From IMG/VR virus record IMGVR_UViG_3300025168_000039, positions 1-64,000 of that record: a stretch of DNA of 64,000 nt; one strand, 5' to 3'. The notes beneath the pieces were generated by a model that ran no database searches, had not been told where the DNA came from, and worked only from the letters and a program-made list of their open reading frames with translations. Origin of the DNA: a virus. Position 1 is the first letter of the stretch; the number at the start of each line of letters is the position of its first letter. A program made the position numbers and the translations under genes. This document shows, piece after piece, positions 54,733 through 63,630 of the stretch.

Positions 54733-55419
54733 TTAATCACCGCCTGAGTCGTAATCGTCCTCTGGCTCTATAATTGGCGCTCCGGCTTTTGGCGCTCTAA
54801 TGTCTTCATCACTTTGCACTTCTTCAACTGGCCCTTCTACAAGTGATCCTGGTTGAATAGATCGAGATAAATCTCCAAGAGACTGCCTACTATCCTCTGC
54901 CGCTTTTATATAACTATCTAAATAACCTGAACCACTAGCAGTATTACCTGTATCATATACAATAGGTGTATATGCAGGAGAGAATAAACTATAAATTCCT
55001 CTGTCTGGTAATGTTGTTCTTCCTGATCCTTTACCTCCCGAAGTAGGATTAGTTCCTTGAGGAGGAGAAGCATTTACTGCATCAAAAGGAGAGCGTTCTA
55101 TACTTGTAACAGGAGGTATAGGTAGATTAGGTGGAGTACCAAGAACAATTGATCGACCATCACCAATTGGATCAGAAGGCTGATTAACTGGGGGTTGATC
55201 TCCTACAAAACCTGTTGGAGAAATAGGAATAGATGAAAGTCCACCTCCTGCTGCAGAGGCATTAACCGCATCAAAAGGAGATCGTTGTATACTAGTTACA
55301 GGAACTGGAGATGCAATCGCTGGCTGTACAGTTGGTACACCATTGATAAACTGCTGCGAAGGAGTAGTCTGCCCTGTATCTTGTAAATATTGTTGTTGCT
55401 CACTAGTAAGAACTGCCAT
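54733..55419 (-). CDS. Pro/Ser-rich disordered protein with a duplicated 16-aa motif
   Basis: PVTSI(Q/E)RSPFDAVNAS twice; absent from segment A. Confidence 0.6.
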   Translation of the reverse strand: MAVLTSEQQQYLQDTGQTTPSQQFINGVPTVQPAIASPVPVTSIQRSPFDAVNASAAGGGLSSIPISPTGFVGDQPPVNQPSDPIGDGRSIVLGTPPNLPIPPVTSIERSPFDAVNASPPQGTNPTSGGKGSGRTTLPDRGIYSLFSPAYTPIVYDTGNTASGSGYLDSYIKAAEDSRQSLGDLSRSIQPGSLVEGPVEEVQSDEDIRAPKAGAPIIEPEDDYDSGGD

Positions 55420-55428
55420 AACTTAATC

Positions 55429-57654
55429 CTATGCTAAAAATGATTCTAAGCCCTGTTTAATAGGCTTCTGCTGTTTTTTATTTCCTGTTGCTTTATGTCT
55501 TATGTTTTTAACAAAACCATCTAACTTCTTTGCACCTGAAGTAGAAGACCCACTTCCTATCATAGCAACTGTATCTGCAGGTATAACATATTCATCTGGA
55601 CTTAATAAAGCCATATCAGGATTATCACCTTCTACTTCAAATAAAACTTGATCTGATTGTCCATCTCCAGGTCCAATTACTTTACCTTCGAAGTATTGTC
55701 CAATCCCTCCTCCTTTATTATAAAGTTCGACATCAGGAATCCGATGAAACATATTTAAACTTTCTTCCATTCGTCTTTCTATGTGAGGTACTCCAGGACG
55801 TAAAAAAAGATCTGATATAGCTTTAGCTCTATCTTCTACTGCTCCCATTCCTTTACCTAATAAAATTTTTCTTAGCCTTTGTCTATTTCCTGGACCAGCA
55901 TCATATGGAAGTACTCCTTCTCCTTCAGTACTAGTCATTTGTTCATGGGCATATTCCATTTGATTTTGTTCATTATTTGGTAATTTATTATCTTTTAGAT
56001 ATCTTTTATAATCTTTCTGTCTACCTTGTGTAAATTGAAACAAGCCCAGACCTTGATTTAATCCTTTTTTCTTTCCACTCTCTCTTTGAGTACCTTTAAA
56101 GGTAGGTGCCTCAACTGCTATATTACCCATAATAGCAGCTATGCTTTCACTAGGATACTTTTTTTCTTTATAAAAATCATAAACTACTTTTTGTTTAGGA
56201 GTAAAAGAATTTTTTTTTGAGCCATTGCGGGGAGTACCCCCATTAGCAAGGCCAATAAGACCACCTTTATTAAACCCGAAATCTGCTCCAACATTAAAAC
56301 CATCTCCTCCTTGACCATAAGGTGTAGCGATAGCTCCAGGGTCTTGATTTACCTGTCCTACCATAGCATTTAATGTTGCTCCACCTACTGCATCCGAAAT
56401 AAATTTATCAACTTCCGATGCTGCTTTCTTCTTCTGTAAAATTTCTTCTTCTTTTCTTTTATTTTCTGAATCAACCGTTTCTTCTTCGACAACTGTATCG
56501 GTTTCTTCTACAGCCACTTCACCTCCTTCAGCTAATGTAACTGTATCATCATCAACATATCTAAATGGTGTTAAGCCTTGGCTAATCCCACCTTCTAAAG
56601 CAAGTCTAGTATAATCTTCTTGTGTAAAACCTTCTTGAGTAGGTTCACCACCTTCTAGGCGTAAAGGTCTACGAGTATATGTATCTTCTAATGCAGCTAA
56701 ACCTCCATCTGCATTAGGATCAAATTCTGGAGGAGTCATCACAGCTTCCATCGCACCAAATGCTAGAGGAGTATAGGTTGATGGTCTTTGCAGTAATGCA
56801 CCTGCCATTTGAGTAGTTGTTAGTGGTGCCCCACCCGCTTGTTCTAAAGCTTTTTGAGCAGCCACCGCACCTTTTATGCCAAAGTCTCTAACAAATGTTG
56901 TTGCTGGAATATTTTGACCAGCAGCAAATGGGGCAGCATAGGCGACTCCTGATTGTTTAGCTATTTCTGCAGTAACAGGAACCGTTTGAAATCCTTGTGA
57001 TGCACCTGCCATTTGAGTAGTTGTTAGTGGTGCCTGACCCGCTGCCGGGAAAAAGGATGGTGATACTGGTCCCACAGATACTGGTCCCATGTTTGAAAGA
57101 GCCGTTCCAGCATTTGCTCCTGCAGAAGCAACATTAGTACCAGTTTGAAGTCCTTGTGAAGTTAGTGCCTGATTAGATGCCTGTTGTGCTGCTGCTGTAG
57201 AAGCACCTTCAACGCCAAGTCCTGCTTCTAATGCAGCCGAACTTGGACCCATCATACCTGTCATAACACCAGCGGTAGCACCAGATATTAAACCACCTAC
57301 AAGAGCATCAGTTGGTGATTGACCTGCCGCAAGTCCACCAGCAAATGAACCAACACCAGCACCAACACCAGCACCGGCAGCAGCACCAAAAGCACTACCT
57401 CCAAATGCTGTACCAAGACCCGGACCAAGCAATACAGTACCAGCAATCGCACCTACGGCTGGTAACAATGATCTAAAATTAAAAGCTTCTGGTAATCCCG
57501 TTTCTGGATTTACAGTTAGTTGGCCCATACTAGATAGACCAGCTAATTCATCTGGGCGCACATGCAACAGTTCTGTATCACCATACCGTCCTTGCGCAGC
57601 CATTAGCCCTGCTATGCCACTATACGGAGCCTCTTGATTCCTCATCGCTACCAT
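55429..57654 (-). CDS. Internal virion protein with hydrophobic Gly-rich segment and embedded phage-tail-lysozyme-like domain
   Basis: GRYGDTELLHV leader; SIAAIMGNIAVE..GLGLFQFT lysozyme pattern; C-terminal domain shared with 1798..3120. Confidence 0.75.
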   Translation of the reverse strand: MVAMRNQEAPYSGIAGLMAAQGRYGDTELLHVRPDELAGLSSMGQLTVNPETGLPEAFNFRSLLPAVGAIAGTVLLGPGLGTAFGGSAFGAAAGAGVGAGVGSFAGGLAAGQSPTDALVGGLISGATAGVMTGMMGPSSAALEAGLGVEGASTAAAQQASNQALTSQGLQTGTNVASAGANAGTALSNMGPVSVGPVSPSFFPAAGQAPLTTTQMAGASQGFQTVPVTAEIAKQSGVAYAAPFAAGQNIPATTFVRDFGIKGAVAAQKALEQAGGAPLTTTQMAGALLQRPSTYTPLAFGAMEAVMTPPEFDPNADGGLAALEDTYTRRPLRLEGGEPTQEGFTQEDYTRLALEGGISQGLTPFRYVDDDTVTLAEGGEVAVEETDTVVEEETVDSENKRKEEEILQKKKAASEVDKFISDAVGGATLNAMVGQVNQDPGAIATPYGQGGDGFNVGADFGFNKGGLIGLANGGTPRNGSKKNSFTPKQKVVYDFYKEKKYPSESIAAIMGNIAVEAPTFKGTQRESGKKKGLNQGLGLFQFTQGRQKDYKRYLKDNKLPNNEQNQMEYAHEQMTSTEGEGVLPYDAGPGNRQRLRKILLGKGMGAVEDRAKAISDLFLRPGVPHIERRMEESLNMFHRIPDVELYNKGGGIGQYFEGKVIGPGDGQSDQVLFEVEGDNPDMALLSPDEYVIPADTVAMIGSGSSTSGAKKLDGFVKNIRHKATGNKKQQKPIKQGLESFLA
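56796..57034. repeat. Exact 35-bp direct repeat in coding sequence (APLTTTQMAGA)
   Basis: ATGCACCTGCCATTTGAGTAGTTGTTAGTGGTGCC at 56796-56830 and 57000-57034. Confidence 0.9.
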
Positions 57655-57681
57655 TTATAATTCTCCAAGTTAGATTTGTAT

Positions 57682-57710
57682 ATTATACAATAAAAATAAG
57701 TTCAGTGCAA
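57682..57710 (-). promoter_or_regulatory. Sigma70-type promoter for the ejection-protein operon
   Basis: Minus strand TTGCAC-17 bp-TATAAT followed by GGAG RBS. Confidence 0.65.
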
Positions 57711-57712
57711 AA

Positions 57713-57988
57713 TTAATTAAAGTTTACCCAACCAGTACCGCCTACATATCCTTTAAACTTTCCAGTACTTGCGGAATATGCTACATCTCCACTTGCTGGT
57801 CTTCCTATTTCATTTACACTAACAACAGAATAAATTTTAGTTGATGGTGAAGATTCAATCTCTATATCTCTACTCTCTAATAAAAACTTTATCTCTGATG
57901 CCCATGAATTAATATCATTATATAGTTGACGTAATTCGTCATTTGTAATATTATAATTAACAGAGAAGTTAGGATAAGAAAAAGACAT
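57713..57988 (-). CDS. Small tail protein
   Basis: Homolog of 3326..3592. Confidence 0.6.
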   Translation of the reverse strand: MSFSYPNFSVNYNITNDELRQLYNDINSWASEIKFLLESRDIEIESSPSTKIYSVVSVNEIGRPASGDVAYSASTGKFKGYVGGTGWVNFN

Positions 57989-59874
57989 TACCTTTTACCT
58001 GCTGGTTGAATAGCTACTCGAACACTACCCCATTTCCAAGATGTATTTAAATCAGATGTTGATACTCTAAAATTAGCCTGTCTTCCTCTTGCTCTCATGT
58101 CAATTTTTTGTGTAGCATCTGTTATATCAAAGGGACCAATCTCTTTTGTAGTTCCTGCAGGATAATCTTTTATATTAATTGAAAATTTAATTGTACCCGT
58201 ATTAATATCATAATCAGGAATAATCTTATCAATAAACATAATATCATCACCATCACCTATATCGATATCAGCACTCTCAATAAATGATGTTAGTGGTTGA
58301 TTGTTACCAGAGAATACAGAAGTTGGTTCATTATACCAAATAAACTGTGGGTTAGTTGCTGAAACATTTCCAGTTACTGCTCCTGTAGCAATAGTGTTAA
58401 GAAATACTGAGTCATCAATAAAAGTTGTATAGAAGTTAGAACCATAGACCCAAGTATTTTCCATGTAGTTATATATTACATAACTATCTGGTTCATTAGA
58501 CCCAGACTTTGGATATAACCAAATGATCTCATGGAACTCTGAATTAAGACCAGCAAACACTTTAGATTTTTGAGTCATATTAAAATCGTCATATAGATAT
58601 CTACGAATAGTACAATCTAATTTTTTAACTGAACCATCGAACATAAAGAAGTCTGTGTCACCCATCCAATATGTTCTACCCCCTACATCAATAGCTGCAT
58701 GTGATCCTATCAAGCCACAGTTTGTACCGACTTGAGACATTCTAAATATAAAGGGAGGACCAACAAATTGCAGAGTATAAAGAGCATTATCTGTATAAAC
58801 TAGAATTGCATTACGTCCTCGTACACCACCAACAATTCTAGTACCATCAATAAGTTGAAGCTCACCTGATGTAGATGATACTGAAGGAATCCAGTTAGCA
58901 TAATCTTCTTGATCTGACCATCTTACAAGAAGAGGATTAAAGACTGATGTTGCAAACTCTTCTGTTCCAAGAGCAATCACATGACGATCATTAGGAGATA
59001 TAACAATACTATTAATTTTTGATGGTGCAGTACCCACAACAGAAGACCTAACCGGCGCTAAACTTGCATTAGCGTCCCAATGAATTAAGTTTCCTCCTTG
59101 TCTAGCAGCAAGTAAATCTTCACCAAAGTTATCTAAAGACCACTGTGTTCCTAAGAAAATAATGTTAGAAGATTCTGCTGGTTGATTCCAAGCTCTTTCT
59201 CCTGTCGCTGAAACACCCGCATTATATATACCTGCACCATATCCCAATCCTTGAATTGGATTTGATTGACCTGTAGCTAAAAGAAAGAAAGCAATACCTG
59301 AACCCTGATTTGATTCTGTACTAGCGGCTACACTAGTTACACTAATAAAAAAGTTATTTACTCCTTGAACACTTACTACTTCAAATGTAGGTCCACCAAA
59401 TGAAGATACAGAAAAATCTAGTCCGTTTGTGGTAAAACCGTTAATAGAAGTATTAGAAAACTCAACGTAATCTCCGACGTTTCTTCCATTATTATTAGAA
59501 CTAACCTCAATTAAAGGAGAGCCAGCAGCCGTATCAAAACTCCCTGCACTCCCTAAGTTACCAATACTAACTGTACTAACTACTGGTGTTATATCATAAG
59601 GATAATCATTATAAACAACATATAATTTACTTTCAGTACCATAACCTAAAAGTTTTTCTGTATTATTATTTGTCCAGGCAAGTAAATCTCTAGCAGTTCC
59701 GGTAAAAGAAGTATCAATAAATTTTTGATATCCTCTTAAATTTTCAGGCTTACCTTCTCGAAAGCGTACTCGATCTCCATCAAACCATTTACCTTCCTCA
59801 GAATACTGAGTAGACTCACGGTGAAATCCCGGCTTTAAATTTAATTTTTGTAATTTAGAAAGAGTAGAGGCCAT
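57988..59874 (-). CDS. Tail nozzle / DNA stabilization protein (copy B)
   Basis: Full-length homolog of 3592..5460. Confidence 0.75.
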   Translation of the reverse strand: MASTLSKLQKLNLKPGFHRESTQYSEEGKWFDGDRVRFREGKPENLRGYQKFIDTSFTGTARDLLAWTNNNTEKLLGYGTESKLYVVYNDYPYDITPVVSTVSIGNLGSAGSFDTAAGSPLIEVSSNNNGRNVGDYVEFSNTSINGFTTNGLDFSVSSFGGPTFEVVSVQGVNNFFISVTSVAASTESNQGSGIAFFLLATGQSNPIQGLGYGAGIYNAGVSATGERAWNQPAESSNIIFLGTQWSLDNFGEDLLAARQGGNLIHWDANASLAPVRSSVVGTAPSKINSIVISPNDRHVIALGTEEFATSVFNPLLVRWSDQEDYANWIPSVSSTSGELQLIDGTRIVGGVRGRNAILVYTDNALYTLQFVGPPFIFRMSQVGTNCGLIGSHAAIDVGGRTYWMGDTDFFMFDGSVKKLDCTIRRYLYDDFNMTQKSKVFAGLNSEFHEIIWLYPKSGSNEPDSYVIYNYMENTWVYGSNFYTTFIDDSVFLNTIATGAVTGNVSATNPQFIWYNEPTSVFSGNNQPLTSFIESADIDIGDGDDIMFIDKIIPDYDINTGTIKFSINIKDYPAGTTKEIGPFDITDATQKIDMRARGRQANFRVSTSDLNTSWKWGSVRVAIQPAGKR

Positions 59875-59880
59875 ATGCTT

Positions 59881-60855
59881 TTATCCAAATGAAGAAACTA
59901 AAATCATATCAATAGCACTAACGCCTCGTACATTGTATACCAACATATCAACAGCACTAGCTACTGTAGACAATACAGGAACTTCTGCATCAGGGAAATT
60001 ATAACTATTCCCATAAGACAATGTTCTTGATCCAGTACCGTCTTGAAAAACATAAATAAATCCACTTTGTCCTGGCTGGGCATTAGCACCATTTCCAAGT
60101 GTTCTATTACCTGCTAAAGAAACAAAGAATGTTGTTGCTGTAGATAAGTCTAAAGCAATTGAAGCAGCATCTGTAAGTGTAACCGGAGGTATAACTAGCT
60201 GACCACTAAAAGTTGCTGTAGAAACAAACGTAGCAGGACCATTAACGCAGACATCTGCAGTAAATAATGCACTAGATACTTGCATTGAATTAGCAGCTAT
60301 TGAAGTTACAAATATATTTGTTGCTGAAACACTTGTTGCAAAACCAACAGCAGATGCAAAGGCAACTGCCTTATTAAAAGTATTTGCTTCAGTAAAAGTA
60401 TTTGCTACAGAGAGTTTTGCAAAACCTGTAGTTGTATCTGCAGTTAAATAATCTAAACCAAAAACAGATACAGTATCACATAAGAACATCTTTCTACTAC
60501 CAGCAGCAACAGTACTGCCTGTACCCGCTGCTGTTTTTAATGTAATAGCTGCAGAATTTTGTCTGGTTGTTTTATCATTAATAACATAACTCTTTGACTT
60601 TTGTGGAACAAGAACATTTAGACTAGCAGAGACTGTTCCTGAAAGTTCAAGAAAAGGACTGCGAGATTGATCTGTTGTTCCGTCATTAGCTGTTAGAGTT
60701 ACATCTGCACTAGATACAACAACTGTCGTATAAGCAGCAATAGCTTCGTCTACTAGATCAATAACATTTTGATTTAAAACTGTACCCCAGCTATTAGGAT
60801 TTTCTCCATCTCCCTGCTTCTCTAGTCTAATCCTAGTTGTGTAACTACTTACCAT
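59881..60855 (-). CDS. Tail fibre / appendage protein (copy B)
   Basis: Same N-terminal anchor as 5465..6664; different C-terminal domain (QDGTGSRTLSYG). Confidence 0.75.
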   Translation of the reverse strand: MVSSYTTRIRLEKQGDGENPNSWGTVLNQNVIDLVDEAIAAYTTVVVSSADVTLTANDGTTDQSRSPFLELSGTVSASLNVLVPQKSKSYVINDKTTRQNSAAITLKTAAGTGSTVAAGSRKMFLCDTVSVFGLDYLTADTTTGFAKLSVANTFTEANTFNKAVAFASAVGFATSVSATNIFVTSIAANSMQVSSALFTADVCVNGPATFVSTATFSGQLVIPPVTLTDAASIALDLSTATTFFVSLAGNRTLGNGANAQPGQSGFIYVFQDGTGSRTLSYGNSYNFPDAEVPVLSTVASAVDMLVYNVRGVSAIDMILVSSFG

Positions 60856-60857
60856 TC

Positions 60858-61196
60858 TTATATTCCTTTTTCATTCTCTAAAACTATTGTGTAAACTTCT
60901 ATACCTCCAAGAAGTAAAACCTTTCTAAGACTAAAAAGTCTTCCTTGTGTGTCTACAAAATTATTATACATTGTATTTGTTATTCCTGGAATAGGTTCTT
61001 CGTTAAATACACACTCACCTTCTATAAGATATTTTCTAAGAACATAGTGATAATCTTCTTCTGATACTGTTTGTGATTCTGCTATTGATACAATAGCTTC
61101 TTCAGAACGACAAAAATTCCAAATTAAAACATCATGATGTGCATTAGCAACAGAAGTTGTTAAGAATACCATTAAAAAAATTATATATTTTATCAT
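60858..61196 (-). CDS. Exported protein with signal peptide and two Cys
   Basis: MIKYIIFLMVFLTTSVANA|HH; FCxxExAI and ECxxNxE pattern shared with 6666..7046. Confidence 0.65.
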   Translation of the reverse strand: MIKYIIFLMVFLTTSVANAHHDVLIWNFCRSEEAIVSIAESQTVSEEDYHYVLRKYLIEGECVFNEEPIPGITNTMYNNFVDTQGRLFSLRKVLLLGGIEVYTIVLENEKGI

Positions 61197-61212
61197 TGTA
61201 ATCAGCTTTATA

Positions 61213-62919
61213 TTAGTTAATAAACTTTTGTAAAGAATCTCCATATTTATCTTTAAGTAGACTAGTATTAGTAGAAGTATCTCCTGCGTAAATAATATTA
61301 TTTTTATTATCTATTCCTAAAGAATGACCCCATCTAACTTTTAATGAACCAATTTTTAGTTTATTGTCTCTATAATCTTCATCAGATGTATAATCATATA
61401 TATAATCTTTTGCCGTAAACTTATAGCTTTTCAATGTATCTTTAAGTTTTTTATCAGGATTCATTACAGACCACTTTTGAAAATTATCTGTTCTAAAGAA
61501 ATGACGAACATTATTAATATTATTACTATTTTTAACCATAGCTAATGAACGATAAGATACTTCTTCCCATTTTAAATTAAAATTCCACCACCAAAATAAA
61601 TCTTTAATAGACGATATTGTATATGGACATTTAGAATTAAACAATTTGATATCCTCAATATCATTAGGATATTTATTTTTAATAAACTCATCTACTGTCA
61701 TTTTTAATATTTCAGGATGAGATATAAATCCTGATGATCCAAAAAGTTGATCACCACATTCTCCTGTAATTGTTAAACCTTTATTTAAATTATCCGCAAT
61801 ATGTCTTATAACTGGAGAATAAAAAGGTTTATCCATATAATATTTATTAGCATCTCTCTCTGTCATTAAGACTTCTTCTGTTTGAATTTTATCTTTAATA
61901 TAATTATTCCAAAATAAAGGATACTCTTCAATAGAATTTAAAGTATAGATAATTTTTAATTTATCATGCCAATCAGAAGGTTTACTTTTTAGTAAACTTA
62001 CCAGAGCTACTGTACTATCTATTCCTCCGCTCCAATATACTTTTAATTCTTTATCTTCATTCCAAAGCTCTACACCTTTTTCATCTGCTACTTCTGCAAA
62101 GGATTTTGTAAATCCTGTTGCATCAGGTATAGGACTTGCTTCTAATTTTAAGTTACTTGTTAAAGTATTTGTTCTATCATTTGGAGTCCAAAGACAATGA
62201 ATAGCTTCTCCGATTAAATCTAGTGTTGTTTTTTTATATTCTCCTGATCCAACTCTTAAAAAATCTGGACGAGCAATAATAAGTTTATCACCTAATATAT
62301 CTGTTGACTTATCTACTGAAGATGTATTTTCAAAATTAAATATACTTGTAAATTTATCTAAAACTTTAATGCTACAATCAATATCTAAATAATTAAACAC
62401 ATTTCTAATTTGTCCTACACCTACGGCAGTATGTAAAAGAACTGAACATTCTACACATTCCTCTTCAGGCACAGGATTAATAAATATATCTTGATCATTC
62501 AATATGTCTACACAAGTTTGCGGGTCAGAAGCATTTAAAATTTCTTGTCTTTTAGTTTTATATAATTCTTCAACAAATAATCTAGATGCATTTTTTTTAA
62601 ACTGATCTAATGCATCAGTAGCTTTATCTTCTACTGTATCTCCTAAAATAGTAGTCGCTTGATCTTTAGTTATTTCTGATCGAAGAAACTGTTCAACTTG
62701 TGTCATGCTCTTAGGCTCTGGAAAATACCAATTTATATTTCTTACATATTGATCATCAAATCTTTCTAACACAACTTTTTTAACAGTCGCTAAATCTTTC
62801 CACTGCTCTTCAAAAGCTGTCTTAGCTTCATTAAGAACCATAACTTTTAAACCAATATCAGAAGGTGACTTGTCACTTCCTGGTAAAGGATTGTCCCTTT
62901 TTTTTAATACTAGACTCAT
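61213..62919 (-). CDS. Asparagine-synthetase-like PP-loop ATP-dependent ligase fused to an unknown N-terminal domain
   Basis: VYWSGGIDST PP-loop, ITGECGDQLFGS, FFRTDNFQKWS, YKFTAKDYIY; no N-terminal Cys glutaminase domain. Confidence 0.75.
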   Translation of the reverse strand: MSLVLKKRDNPLPGSDKSPSDIGLKVMVLNEAKTAFEEQWKDLATVKKVVLERFDDQYVRNINWYFPEPKSMTQVEQFLRSEITKDQATTILGDTVEDKATDALDQFKKNASRLFVEELYKTKRQEILNASDPQTCVDILNDQDIFINPVPEEECVECSVLLHTAVGVGQIRNVFNYLDIDCSIKVLDKFTSIFNFENTSSVDKSTDILGDKLIIARPDFLRVGSGEYKKTTLDLIGEAIHCLWTPNDRTNTLTSNLKLEASPIPDATGFTKSFAEVADEKGVELWNEDKELKVYWSGGIDSTVALVSLLKSKPSDWHDKLKIIYTLNSIEEYPLFWNNYIKDKIQTEEVLMTERDANKYYMDKPFYSPVIRHIADNLNKGLTITGECGDQLFGSSGFISHPEILKMTVDEFIKNKYPNDIEDIKLFNSKCPYTISSIKDLFWWWNFNLKWEEVSYRSLAMVKNSNNINNVRHFFRTDNFQKWSVMNPDKKLKDTLKSYKFTAKDYIYDYTSDEDYRDNKLKIGSLKVRWGHSLGIDNKNNIIYAGDTSTNTSLLKDKYGDSLQKFIN

Positions 62920-63056
62920 TTTGTAAAACTTTCTTCCAGTTGATGAAGTTGAACTATTACTCTAACCTGTTCTGTAGAATATGCAAAACAACCATAAAAG
63001 GCAAAACACAAACCTAAAACTTTAAACGTATTTATTATATATTTTTTATACTGCAT
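62916..63056 (-). CDS. 46-aa hydrophobic peptide
   Basis: MQYKKYIINTFKVLGLCFAFYGCFAYSTEQVRVIVQLHQLEESFTK; ATGA overlap with the ligase start. Confidence 0.45.
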   Translation of the reverse strand: MQYKKYIINTFKVLGLCFAFYGCFAYSTEQVRVIVQLHQLEESFTK

Positions 63057-63630
63057 GAGTTCCTAACATCATAGGATGGTTAAACTCGTCATTAGTACTA
63101 GACCATATATGCATTGGAACAACAATTAAATCTTGGTTATCTGTTTCAAAGTGATGTGGCTCCATAGCATCTAAGATTAAAGTTTTTCCTTCAATTAATT
63201 TATGTTTCTCTGTATTAGAACCTACACCTGAAACTGCTGTACCGCTTCCTGATAAAACATATACCACTCTATCTGTCGAATGAATATGATGTTTTTGTTC
63301 TGAACATCCGGCGGGTATCTTTAATAGTTGCATACAAGGATCACCAGATCGAATTGGAGGTAAAATATTGTTAGTGCTGCATCCATTAATATATGGTAGA
63401 TAAGTGTTTAAATTAATTTCAGCAGTTCTGTTTGGTGGTATATACCCGTATATAGTAATAATAACTCTACCAAAACATACGCCCCAATTTTTGACTGATA
63501 CACTTTCTTTATTTATAATCCATGCTGAACTATTTTTAGGTATTTTATATTCGTTTCCTGAAGTATCTACTTCGTAGTAGTATAAACTATTTTGTTTTGG
63601 AATGTAACTACGATTATTTAAAAATAACAT
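63046..63630 (-). CDS. Cupin-domain protein
   Basis: QKHHIHSTDRVVYVLSGSG...EPHHFET cupin motifs 1 and 2. Confidence 0.85.
   Translation of the reverse strand: MLFLNNRSYIPKQNSLYYYEVDTSGNEYKIPKNSSAWIINKESVSVKNWGVCFGRVIITIYGYIPPNRTAEINLNTYLPYINGCSTNNILPPIRSGDPCMQLLKIPAGCSEQKHHIHSTDRVVYVLSGSGTAVSGVGSNTEKHKLIEGKTLILDAMEPHHFETDNQDLIVVPMHIWSSTNDEFNHPMMLGTHAV

Noticed and set aside
61213-62919. QueC / 7-deazaguanine DNA modification
   Set aside because: PP-loop present but no C-terminal QueC Cys cluster, and no folE, queD, queE or dpdA; the GxxGDQLFG motif points to the AsnB family
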